Below, in pieces: positions 8,745-17,407 of a stretch of 64,000 nt of DNA. Below the pieces are notes generated by a model that searched no databases, was not told the DNA's origin, and saw only the letters and a list, made by a program, of their open reading frames with translations. The stretch spans positions 384,001 through 448,000 of the forward strand of contig OZ241326.1 of the NCBI GenBank assembly GCA_965199855.1, given 5' to 3'. Position 1 is the first letter of the stretch, and every line of letters begins with the position of its first letter. The translations under genes were made by a program, and so were the position numbers. This stretch comes from a bacterium (GTDB taxonomy: Bacteria; UBA8248).

Positions 8745-9527
8745 GTGCGCGGGTTCGAGACGATAGGCTATGAGGAGAAAGACGGGCTGGCGGTCGTCAG
8801 GCTCGACCGCCCGGAGAGCCTGAACGCGATCAGCTCGAAGATGGCCGAGGAGTTCGTGGAGCTGGCGGAAGCGCTGGCCGGGGCGCGGCGGACGCGCGTG
8901 GTCGTTCTCACCGGAGCGGGGCGCGCCTTCAGCACGGGTCGGGACCTGAAGGAGAGCGCGACCCACTCGAAGGAGACGGCCGACCGCTACCAGCGCGACG
9001 TGATGGCGACGACGACGCTTTGGGAGCGCCTGCCCATGCCCACCATCGCCGCCGTCAACGGCCATGCGTTCGGCTGGGGGGTGGAGATCACCCTGGCCTG
9101 CGACATCCGGCTCGCCGCGGAGGAGGCGACCCTGTGCCTGCCGGAGTGCAGCCTGGGCATCTTTCCCGGAGCGGGCGGCGTGGTGAGGCTTCAGCGCATC
9201 ATGCCGGCCGGCCAGGCGAAGGAGCTGGTCTTCACGAGCAGGCGCGTCGACGGAAAGGAGGCCGAGCGCATCGGTCTGGCGAACAGGGCGCATCCGCTCG
9301 CCGACCTCATGGCCGAGGCCATGGCGACGGCGGAGAAGATAAGGGACAACGGCCCCCTGGGGGTTCGCGGCGCGAAGAAGGTGATCGACCAGACGCTCGA
9401 CATGCCGCTCGCCCAGGCCGTCGAGTTCTCCAACGCCCTGCGGCTGCCGCTCAACCAAACCAGGGATTTCGCCGAGGCGCTGGCGGCCTTCAGGGAGAAG
9501 AGAAAGCCCGTTTTCACGGGGGAGTAG
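8745..9527 (+). CDS. Enoyl-CoA hydratase/isomerase (crotonase) family protein
   Basis: LDRPESLNA, AFSTGRDL, IAAVNGHAFGWGVE, LPECSLGIFPGAGG, FREKRKPVFTG. Confidence 0.93.
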   Translation: MRGFETIGYEEKDGLAVVRLDRPESLNAISSKMAEEFVELAEALAGARRTRVVVLTGAGRAFSTGRDLKESATHSKETADRYQRDVMATTTLWERLPMPTIAAVNGHAFGWGVEITLACDIRLAAEEATLCLPECSLGIFPGAGGVVRLQRIMPAGQAKELVFTSRRVDGKEAERIGLANRAHPLADLMAEAMATAEKIRDNGPLGVRGAKKVIDQTLDMPLAQAVEFSNALRLPLNQTRDFAEALAAFREKRKPVFTGE

Positions 9528-9603
9528 AAGTGCCGGCCGCCTCGCCCGGAACGGCCGGGGCCCCTCCTCCCGGCGCGCGGGCTTTTTCCGGGGGCGGCGC
9601 GGC

Positions 9604-10305
9604 ATGAGCGGGGGTATCCTCGTCACGCGGGTGGAATCGGGCGTCGCGCGCCTCACCCTCCATCGGCCCGAGGCGCGAAATGCGTTCAACACGCCGCTCA
9701 TGGAGGCCATGCGCGCGGCGATGGCCGAGGTCGGGCGCAGGCGCGGCGTCAGGGCTCTCGTCGTCACGGGCGCGGGCGAGGCCTTCTCCGCGGGGCGCGA
9801 CCTCAAGGAGAGCGCGCGTCACACGCCGGAGCAGGCGGCGCGGTTCATGGCGCTGGGCGAGAGGTGGAGCGCGGCGCTTCGGGAGTTTCCCGTTCCCACG
9901 ATCGCGGCGGTGAACGGGCCCGCCTTCGGGTGGGGGATGGTCCTGATGCTCTCCTGCGACCTTCGCCTCGCGGCGGAGGGCGCCGTCCTGGGGTATCCCG
10001 AAGCCGCGCTGGGGGTGTTTCCGGGCGGGGACGCGACCGTTCGCCTGACGCGGCAGATCTCCGTTCCCGCCGCGAAGGAGCTGACGCTCACCGGGAGAAG
10101 GTTTGACGCGCGGGAGGGATATCGCCTGGGACTGGTGAATCGCGTCGCGCCCGGAGAGAGCCTGCTGGTGGAGGCCCGCGCCCTGGGCGAGGCGATCGCG
10201 CGGCGCTCGCCCGAAGAACTGAGGGCGATGAAGGCGGAGTTTCTGAAAGTCGAGGCGATGCCGCGCTTCGGGCTTCTGTCGGCGGCGGAGAGAATCGGGC
10301 GGTGA
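9604..10305 (+). CDS. Crotonase family protein, paralog of the upstream gene
   Basis: AFSAGRDLKESA, IAAVNGPAFGWGMV (first catalytic Glu position is Val), YPEAALGVFPG. C-terminus shorter. Confidence 0.9.
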   Translation: MSGGILVTRVESGVARLTLHRPEARNAFNTPLMEAMRAAMAEVGRRRGVRALVVTGAGEAFSAGRDLKESARHTPEQAARFMALGERWSAALREFPVPTIAAVNGPAFGWGMVLMLSCDLRLAAEGAVLGYPEAALGVFPGGDATVRLTRQISVPAAKELTLTGRRFDAREGYRLGLVNRVAPGESLLVEARALGEAIARRSPEELRAMKAEFLKVEAMPRFGLLSAAERIGR

Positions 10306-10324
10306 GGGCGCGGGAGGGGGTTCG

Positions 10325-11521
10325 ATGGAATTCACGCTGAGCGAAGAGCAGACCAGAATCCGGCAGATCGCCAGAAAATTCTCCTACGAGGAGCTGGCGC
10401 CGGTCGCTCCCGAGCGGGACAGGATTCAGGACTGGGAGGAGCGGATGCCGTGGGATCTCACGGAGAAGGCGAGCGCCCTGGGCCTCCGGCAGCTGCCCTA
10501 CCCCAGGGAATACGGCGGCATGGGCGCGGACGTGCTTTCGTGCTGTCTGGCGGGGGAGGAGCTCGCCGTGGGCGATCTGGGCTTCGCGGTGAACCTGGAT
10601 CAGACCTGGAAGCTCTCCCACATCTTGGAGAAGGTGGACCCCGGGATACGCGACCCCTGGATGAAGCGCCTGTGCGAGGAGCCGAGGTTCCTGGTGGCGA
10701 TCTCCATGACGGAAGAGGGAGCGGGAACCGACCATCAGGGATATTACGACGATCCCTCCATCGCCCTTTACGCGCGCGCGGAGAAGAAGGGCGGCAAGTG
10801 GATCGTCAACGGGAAGAAGCGCTACATCAGCAACGGCCCCGTGGCCTCGCTGTACGTTCTGGCGGCGCGAACCGACCTCGCCAAAAGCCTGCGCGAGAGC
10901 CTCACAGGCTTCCTCGTTCCCCGGGACGCCCCCGGCGTCTCGATCGGCCGCGTGCACGAGAAAATCGGCCAGCGCCTCTCCATGAACTCGGAGATATTCT
11001 ACGAGAACGTCGAGGTTCCGGAGAGCCACGTGATCCTGGGCGAGGGGAACATGTTCGAGATCAGGGGCAACCTCCTGGCGATGGGAAAGCCCGAAGCCGC
11101 CGCCACGGCCCTGGGCGTCGGACGCGCCGCCTTCGAGAAGGCGCTCGCCTACGGCCGCGAGCGCGTCCAGGGCGGCAGGCCCATCGCGCGGCATCAGGCG
11201 ATAGAGACCATGCTCGCCGACATGGCGATGAGCCTGGACGTCGCGCGCACCTACATCTGGCGCACCGCCTGGGCGGTGGATCACCAGAAGCCCTACGACT
11301 TCACCCAGGGGTGGAAGTGCAAGGTTTTCGCCTCGGAGGCCGCCTTCGAGTGCGCGCGTCTGGGGATGGAGATATTCGGCGGGGCGGGCGTCATGCGGGA
11401 CGCGCCCATGGAGAAATACCTCCGCGACGCCAGCACCTTCCTGCATTCGGACGGCACGAACCAGATATTGAGGCTGAGGACGGCGCAGGCGTACGTGAAC
11501 GGGGCGGCGACGGCGTTCTAG
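10325..11521 (+). CDS. Acyl-CoA dehydrogenase family flavoprotein
   Basis: PREYGGMG, SMTEEGAGTD, NGKKRYISNG, ERVQGGRPI, EIFGGAG, EKYLRDA, HSDGTNQI. Confidence 0.93.
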   Translation: MEFTLSEEQTRIRQIARKFSYEELAPVAPERDRIQDWEERMPWDLTEKASALGLRQLPYPREYGGMGADVLSCCLAGEELAVGDLGFAVNLDQTWKLSHILEKVDPGIRDPWMKRLCEEPRFLVAISMTEEGAGTDHQGYYDDPSIALYARAEKKGGKWIVNGKKRYISNGPVASLYVLAARTDLAKSLRESLTGFLVPRDAPGVSIGRVHEKIGQRLSMNSEIFYENVEVPESHVILGEGNMFEIRGNLLAMGKPEAAATALGVGRAAFEKALAYGRERVQGGRPIARHQAIETMLADMAMSLDVARTYIWRTAWAVDHQKPYDFTQGWKCKVFASEAAFECARLGMEIFGGAGVMRDAPMEKYLRDASTFLHSDGTNQILRLRTAQAYVNGAATAF

Positions 11522-11546
11522 CGGAACGACGGGGAGGCCGGGCGGA

Positions 11547-12101
11547 ATGACGCGCCGGCGGGACGCGATGCGGCAGGGCGGGCTGTTCCGGGAAGGCGGA
11601 GAGGCGCTCCGGGAGGACGCCGCGCGCTGGCTGGCGAGGGTGCGCGCGGAGTTTCGCGTTTTCGTCTCGGAGGCGGGCGTCTCGGAAATCAGGATGCTGA
11701 ACGGCGTGGAGAAGCCCCGGGCGGCGCCGCGCGCGCGGGGAGAATCGTCGCCGCTCATCCGCCGGGCCGTCAGGCAGATAGAAGAATACCTGGAGGGGGC
11801 GCGGACGCGCTTCGACCTCAGGACGGACCTCTCCTCCCTCACGCCGTTCACGGCGAGGGTTTTGCGGGAGACGGAGAAGATTCCCTACGGGCGGACGCGC
11901 TCCTACGGATGGGTGGCGAAGCGGATCGGCGCTCCCAGGGCCGCGCGCGCCGTCGGTCAGGCGCTGCATGGAAATCCCGCGCCGCTCGTCATACCCTGAC
12001 ACCGCGTCATCGCGGGCTCGGGCGAGCTCGGCGGCTTCGCCAGCGGCCTCTCGCTGAAGGCGGCGCTCCTCGCCCACGAGAGGCGCCGCCGGGCCCGATG
12101 A
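11547..12101 (+). CDS. ogt: Methylated-DNA--protein-cysteine methyltransferase, selenocysteine form (TGA 11997-11999)
   Basis: IPYGRTRSY, AARAVGQA, NPAPLVIP-TGA-HRVI...LGGFASG...KAALLAHE. The TGA replaces the Cys of PCHRV and the frame continues to TGA 12099-12101. Confidence 0.88.
12002..12034 (+). promoter_or_regulatory. Candidate bacterial SECIS element
   Basis: cgggctc (12013-12019) pairs with gagctcg (12024-12030) around loop GGGC starting 21 nt after the UGA. Lower stem ccgc/gcgg. Confidence 0.65.
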
Positions 12102-12140
12102 CGCGCGCCCGCGCTTAGCGAACGCGCAGGAGGAGGGAGC

Positions 12141-12722
12141 ATGTCCGAACGCATGAGCGAGTTTATCGGCCAGGTGCGCGAGATCGCGCGCGCGGGAGGC
12201 TCCGAGGGGGAAATCACCGCCCGGGTGGCGGCGCGCCTCGAGCCGATTCTCGAGGAGCCGCGCCTGCTGAGCGAGGAGCAGCTGCTGGTGAAGAGCCGCG
12301 GCTTCACGCTCAACCGGATTCACGTCGAGCCGGACGAGAGCTTCTCCGTCGGCGCAGGGATATGGGACGTGGGTCAGACCACCCCGATTCACGATCACGG
12401 CACCTGGGGGGTGATAGGCATCTACCGCGGGGTGGAGAGCGAGGAGAGCTTCCTGCGCGAGGGCGCGCGCGAGAGCGGCGCCCGCGTCCGACTCACCCCG
12501 AAGGGGAGGCGCCTGGCCGGGCCCGGCGAGGTGTTCGTCTGCTGCTCGCGGGATGAGGACGCGCACCGCGTCAGCTGCGCCTCGGCGGAGCCCGTGGTGG
12601 GAATCCACGTCTATGGCGGGAATCTCGCCAACATCCCGCGCTTCAGGTATGACGAGGAGACCGGCGAGGCGCGGCCGTTTCAGACCGGCTGGGACTACGC
12701 GAGGACTTCGGCCGACTCGTAA
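12141..12722 (+). CDS. Cysteine/3-mercaptopropionate dioxygenase-like cupin
   Basis: WDVGQTTPIHDHGTWG, DAHRV, GIHVYGGN: 3-His cupin pattern of thiol dioxygenases. Confidence 0.8.
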   Translation: MSERMSEFIGQVREIARAGGSEGEITARVAARLEPILEEPRLLSEEQLLVKSRGFTLNRIHVEPDESFSVGAGIWDVGQTTPIHDHGTWGVIGIYRGVESEESFLREGARESGARVRLTPKGRRLAGPGEVFVCCSRDEDAHRVSCASAEPVVGIHVYGGNLANIPRFRYDEETGEARPFQTGWDYARTSADS

Positions 12723-12757
12723 AAAGAGGGCGGCTGCGAATCTCCGGCGCGCGCCGC

Positions 12758-13462
12758 CTACCAGGGCATGGGCTTCCGCTCCTGGAAGTAGCCTCCGGTG
12801 GGGCCGTCCTCCGGCAGCAGGGCGAGCCACGCGGGCGTGTCCGCCCCTTCGTCGATGGATTTCGCGGCGCCCCTGCCGCCCATGTCGGTTCTCACCCACC
12901 CCGGATGGCAGCAGTTCACCAGCACCCCGCTTCCGCGGAATTCGTCCGCGAGAATCCGCGTCATCGCGTTCAGCGCGGTCTTGGAGATTCGATACGCGGG
13001 CGAGCCTCCCCCCATGCCGGCGAGGGAGCCCATGCCGCTCGATACGTTCACGATTCTGCCCGCCGCGCTTTTCCTGAGGAGCGGGGCGAGGGTCTGGCAA
13101 AGCATGAGGGGGCCGTAGAGGTTGGTCTCCATCATCTCGCGCATGATCTCGACGGGGACGTCCAGTCCTTTCATCCCCGCGTCCAGGCGGATGGCCGCGT
13201 TGTTGATCAGGATGTCCAGCCGGCCAAATTCCTTGGTCAGGAACTCGCCCAGGGCGTCGATGGCGCGCGGATCGGCCGCGTCCAGAGGATGAAAGGCGAC
13301 CTCCAGCCCCTCTTTTTCCAGCTTCGCCCCGGCGGCTTCGCCCCGGGAGGCGTCGCGCGCCGTCAGGATGACGCGGACGCCCCTCTTCGCCAGCGCGCGG
13401 CATATCCCGAAGCCGATGCCTTTGTTGCCGCCCGTCACGACGGCGATTTTCTCATCGGGCAA
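12758..13462 (-). CDS. SDR family oxidoreductase (carbonyl reductase-like)
   Basis: TGGNKGIG, NNAA, YRISK, HPGWVRTDMGG. Confidence 0.92.
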   Translation of the reverse strand: MPDEKIAVVTGGNKGIGFGICRALAKRGVRVILTARDASRGEAAGAKLEKEGLEVAFHPLDAADPRAIDALGEFLTKEFGRLDILINNAAIRLDAGMKGLDVPVEIMREMMETNLYGPLMLCQTLAPLLRKSAAGRIVNVSSGMGSLAGMGGGSPAYRISKTALNAMTRILADEFRGSGVLVNCCHPGWVRTDMGGRGAAKSIDEGADTPAWLALLPEDGPTGGYFQERKPMPW

Positions 13463-13582
13463 CTCTCGCCTCCTCTCCTCGGCGCGCGCGCCTTCGGCCG
13501 CCGACCCGTTCGGGCGGGGATTCTGGAATCGCCCCCGCCGGCTATTGTATCATGGCGCGGAATTTTCCCGCGCCCCGCCTGA

Positions 13583-14308
13583 ATGCGAGACGGAAAGAGA
13601 CGATTGGGCCCCATTCACCTGCTCCTCTTCGACGTGGACGGAACGCTGCTCCTGAGCGGCGGGGCGGGCGCGGCGGCGCTGAACGCGGCTTTCGCGCGCC
13701 TCCACGGCGTCCCGAACGCGATGCGCCGCGTTGAGCCGCACGGAAAAACGGACGAGCTCATCGTCCGGGAGATGTTTCGCTCCCGCCTCGGGCGTCCCGG
13801 AAGCGGGCGCGAGGTGGAGGCGCTCCTGCGGGAATACGCGGAGATTCTGCCGGAGACGGTGCGGGAGTCCGGGAACTTTCGCCTGATGCCGGGAATCCCC
13901 GGCCTGCTCGCGCGGCTGGAAGGCCGCGAGGACGTTCTCATGGGGCTGGGGACGGGCAACATCGAGGAGGGCGCGCGGCTCAAGCTCGCGCGCGGCAGGC
14001 TGAACCGGTTTTTCTCGTTCGGCGGCTTCGGCTGCGATTCCGCGGACAGGGCGGAGCTGCTGGAGGCGGGATTCCGGCGCGGCGAGGAGGTGATGAAGAG
14101 GAAGTTTCCGCGCGAGCCGATTCGCCGCTGGGTGATAGGCGACACGCGGCGCGACGTGTCGGCGGGCCGCGCCTGCGGCGCGAGGACGATGGCCGTGGCC
14201 ACCGGCGGCGATTCGCTTTACGGGCTGGCGGAGGCGCGGCCGGATTTTCTTTTCGCCACCCTGGAGGAGAAGGAGAGGTTCTGTGCGATTCTCGACGCCG
14301 GCGGCTAG
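13583..14308 (+). CDS. HAD family hydrolase (phosphoglycolate phosphatase-like)
   Basis: LFDVDGTLL, GKTD, TGN, IGDTRRDV. Confidence 0.88.
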   Translation: MRDGKRRLGPIHLLLFDVDGTLLLSGGAGAAALNAAFARLHGVPNAMRRVEPHGKTDELIVREMFRSRLGRPGSGREVEALLREYAEILPETVRESGNFRLMPGIPGLLARLEGREDVLMGLGTGNIEEGARLKLARGRLNRFFSFGGFGCDSADRAELLEAGFRRGEEVMKRKFPREPIRRWVIGDTRRDVSAGRACGARTMAVATGGDSLYGLAEARPDFLFATLEEKERFCAILDAGG

Positions 14309-14311
14309 GGG

Positions 14312-14992
14312 ATGAAGGAGTCTTCCCGTCCGGCCGCGCCGGAGGAAGTCGCCCGCGCGTATCGGCGAATCCCCGAATGGACCCGGGACGAGCTCGCCGG
14401 CCTGTCCGCGGCGCAGCTGGACAGAACGGGCGCGGAGGAATGGGCGCGCTGGTCTCCGAGAAGGCAGCTCAGCCACATGGCCTACGTCACGACGCGGTGG
14501 TTCATGGTTCTCTACGGCGCGGCGGGCCTGCCGTGGCGGCCCGTGGACATGAGCCAGTTCGCCTCCTTCATCAACTCGAGGGAGGACGACCGCCGCTTCT
14601 CGGTGGCGCGGTATTCGGATGTGGAGTGGCTGCATCTGCGCTTCGCCGAGGCGTGCGGGGCGGCGGCGGAGCGAATCGAGAACCGGGAGGCGGAGAGCGC
14701 GGAGGCGTCTCTCCTGTTCGTTTTCACGGACGCCTCCGTCGTGGGCGCGACCGGGGAGCGCGCCGTCGATTTGTGGAATCGCTGCGTGAGGCGCCATCCG
14801 GATGGATTCGAGGCCGACCCCGACCACGCCCATGCCTTCCGGCTGACGCCCCTGGCGGCGCTGCGGCACGCGCTCTGGGACGATTTGATTCACCTGCGCT
14901 CCATCCGGCTTCACCGGGAGGCGATGGGCCTCCCGCCCGTCCATCCCGACGCCCCCCCGGGCGGCTACGCCTCCGCCTATCCGGTCTCCTGA
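14312..14992 (+). CDS. DinB/YfiT-like protein
   Basis: WSPRRQLSHMA ... LRHALWDDLIHLRSI His pattern. Paralog of 16441..17130. Confidence 0.65.
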   Translation: MKESSRPAAPEEVARAYRRIPEWTRDELAGLSAAQLDRTGAEEWARWSPRRQLSHMAYVTTRWFMVLYGAAGLPWRPVDMSQFASFINSREDDRRFSVARYSDVEWLHLRFAEACGAAAERIENREAESAEASLLFVFTDASVVGATGERAVDLWNRCVRRHPDGFEADPDHAHAFRLTPLAALRHALWDDLIHLRSIRLHREAMGLPPVHPDAPPGGYASAYPVS

Positions 14993-15495
14993 TGGGAGGC
15001 GGCCGCCCGTCCCGGACGCATCTTCTCTTCTGGCTTTCGTTCGCCTCCTTCGCCCTCGCCGCGCTCGCCCTTCTGTTTTTCTCCGAGCCGCTGTTTCTCC
15101 GCGAAACCGGCGCGAAGGCCTCCCTGACGGCGGAGGCGAGGAAGTGGAGGGGCGCGCCCCGGGCGGCGATCATGAAAAGCGCGGGCGAGGCGCTCGCGCG
15201 GTATCTGGGCGCCTCGAGGCGCGTCAGCCGCGCCGTCGTTCGCGTTTCGGAGGCGACCTCTGATAGATTGTCCATCGAGGTCCGGCTGCCGTGGGCGGAG
15301 GTGAGCGCCAGGAAAAGAAGACAGAGAGCCGGGCTGGCGTGCCGTCTCGGCGCGGATATGCTCGAAGCCGCGGGGGCGAGGGACGCGAGCCTCCTCGTGA
15401 GCCTCCGCCGGACGCGAAAAGACGCGTCGGCCAGCGATCCCGCGGGCGCGATGGCGTATTCCCCGAAAAGCGGGAAATGCGAGTGGAAGGAATAG
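14992..15495 (+). CDS. Hypothetical membrane-anchored protein
   Basis: ATG overlaps the upstream TGA. N-terminal hydrophobic helix LLFWLSFASFALAALALLFF. Confidence 0.6.
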   Translation: MGGGRPSRTHLLFWLSFASFALAALALLFFSEPLFLRETGAKASLTAEARKWRGAPRAAIMKSAGEALARYLGASRRVSRAVVRVSEATSDRLSIEVRLPWAEVSARKRRQRAGLACRLGADMLEAAGARDASLLVSLRRTRKDASASDPAGAMAYSPKSGKCEWKE

Positions 15496-15541
15496 TTCGT
15501 TCGGACGCGCCGGCCGCCCCCCGGGCGGAAAGGAGCGATTC

Positions 15542-16444
15542 ATGGCGCTTGAGACCGTCGCCATCCTCAGCCCGGGAGACATGGGCCACGCGGTGGGCCG
15601 CGCGCTGGGTTCGCATGGGGTGGAGGCGATCTCCTGCCTCTCGAACCGCAGCGAGCGCACGAGGCGTCTGGCCGCCGAAGGGGGCGTGCGCGACTGCCCG
15701 ACGATGGCGGAGACGCTCGAGCGCGCGGACGTGGTTTTGTCCATCGTGCCGCCGGGCCTGGCCGTCCGGGCGGCGGAAGAGGCGGCCGGAGCCATGAGGG
15801 CTTCGGGCTTTCACCCGCCCTACGCGGACTGCAACGCCGTCTCGCCGGAGACGGCGCGCGCCATCGCGCGGAGAATTTCGGACGCCGGGGCGGACTTCGT
15901 CGACGGGGGCATCCTGGGGCCTCCGCCGGGCGCGGGGCGGAGCGCGACCAGGCTCTACTTCAGCGGGGAGCGCGCGGGGCTGCTCTCGGAGCTGGACGGC
16001 AAGGGCGTCGCCGTTCGCCTGCTCGGGGAGGAGATCGGCCGCGCCTCCGGCCTCAAGATGTGCTACGCCGCCCTCACGAAGGGAACCCACGCCCTTCAGA
16101 CCGCCGTCCTGACCCTGGCGGAGGCGCTCGGCCTGGGCGAGGAGGCGTGCCGCGAGTTCCGGGAGAGCCAGGAGGCTTCCTGGGGGCAGATGGCCGCGAG
16201 CGCCCCGCGCCTTCCCGTCGTGGCGTGGCGCTACGTGGACGAGATGCGGCAGATCGCGCGGACGTTCGAGGCGGCGGGCGTCACCCCGATGTTTCACCGC
16301 GGCGCGGCGGAGGTGTACTCCCATCTCGCGGCGACGCCCCTGGCGGAGCAGACGCCGGAGGCGATGGACGGGAGCCTCTCGCCGCGGCGGGCGGCCGCCG
16401 CGTATGCGGAGCGCCTGCCGATGAAGACGGAGGAGGGCGGATGA
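15542..16444 (+). CDS. NAD(P)-dependent oxidoreductase, 6PGDH/3-hydroxyisobutyrate DH-like (DUF1932 type)
   Basis: SPGDMGHAVG, DCNAVSP, VDGGILGPPP, ASGLKMCYAALTKG, AWRYVDEM. Confidence 0.85.
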   Translation: MALETVAILSPGDMGHAVGRALGSHGVEAISCLSNRSERTRRLAAEGGVRDCPTMAETLERADVVLSIVPPGLAVRAAEEAAGAMRASGFHPPYADCNAVSPETARAIARRISDAGADFVDGGILGPPPGAGRSATRLYFSGERAGLLSELDGKGVAVRLLGEEIGRASGLKMCYAALTKGTHALQTAVLTLAEALGLGEEACREFRESQEASWGQMAASAPRLPVVAWRYVDEMRQIARTFEAAGVTPMFHRGAAEVYSHLAATPLAEQTPEAMDGSLSPRRAAAAYAERLPMKTEEGG

Positions 16445-17130
16445 TTCGGGGAGGCGAGGCGGGGGACGACCTTTCCGCCCCGGGGCTTCGCGCATTCCCG
16501 GAATATGAAAGCCTGGCGGATTCGTTTCGGGCGGAGACCGAAGGGTTGCCCGAGGCGCTGTGGGAGTGGAGGCTGCCGGAGAAGAGCTGGGGCGCCTGGT
16601 CGATAAGGGAGCAGGTGAGCCACGCGGCGTGGATACCCTATCTTTTCTTCCTGGAGTTCTGGCCGCCCGTTCTGTATCCGGACGCCCTGCCGCGCGACAA
16701 ATCCCTGGCGGATACGGGCGGGGCGGACAGGATGCTCGACCCCGCGCGGTTCCCTGGAGCGTCCGCCGCGCTCGCCGCCCTGGATGACGCATGCGCCCTG
16801 TGCCGGGAGATTCTCTCGAACGAGACGCTGGCGACGCTGAGAGAGAAGGAACTGCCCAGGAAATACTCCCCGGAGAGGAAGTGGGCGAACGGCGAGCGGG
16901 TGATGGACTATCTTCAAAATCTCGTTTTGCCCGCCCACGAGCGGGGCTTTCGCAGGGACGAGGACGATCCGCATCTTTACTACCAGACGCTCGAATGCTC
17001 GTTTCGCCACATCCTCTGGGAGGCGCATGTCCACTTGATCACCATTCAGGAGTTCAAGCGGGTCAAGGGGCTGCCGGTCCGCGCCAGCGTCCCCAGAGAC
17101 GGATACGCCGCGCGGCTCGCATGGGAGTAG
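16441..17130 (+). CDS. DinB/YfiT-like protein
   Basis: ATGA overlap. WSIREQVSHAA ... FRHILWEAHVHLITI. Confidence 0.65.
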   Translation: MIRGGEAGDDLSAPGLRAFPEYESLADSFRAETEGLPEALWEWRLPEKSWGAWSIREQVSHAAWIPYLFFLEFWPPVLYPDALPRDKSLADTGGADRMLDPARFPGASAALAALDDACALCREILSNETLATLREKELPRKYSPERKWANGERVMDYLQNLVLPAHERGFRRDEDDPHLYYQTLECSFRHILWEAHVHLITIQEFKRVKGLPVRASVPRDGYAARLAWE

Positions 17131-17407
17131 AGGCGCCCGCTTCCTTGGGCGGGGCTTTCGCCGCCCTGAGACTCAAACCCTCGCCTGGTCGAAGCGGGAG
17201 AGCGCTCATGGAGGCTCCTCCACGGGGAATCGGCGCGTTGCGGGAGTATTTCTTGCGGCGAGGATATCGGCCGGGCGTCCGCGTCGCCCGGTCGTGGTCG
17301 GCAGGACGGGCCGGTGGCGGATCGCCCGCCGGGTCGGGCCGCGCGAATCGCGCGCGGCGGGGCGCCTGATGCGGAGCGTTTTCGGAACGGGGTTCCAGGG
17401 CCAGGGG

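Noticed and set aside
17131-17407. GC-rich hairpins and a 53-codon ORF (17208..17369) between convergent genes
   Set aside because: No recognisable RNA motif or protein family. Hairpins are expected by chance at this GC. It may be a remnant but I cannot support that.
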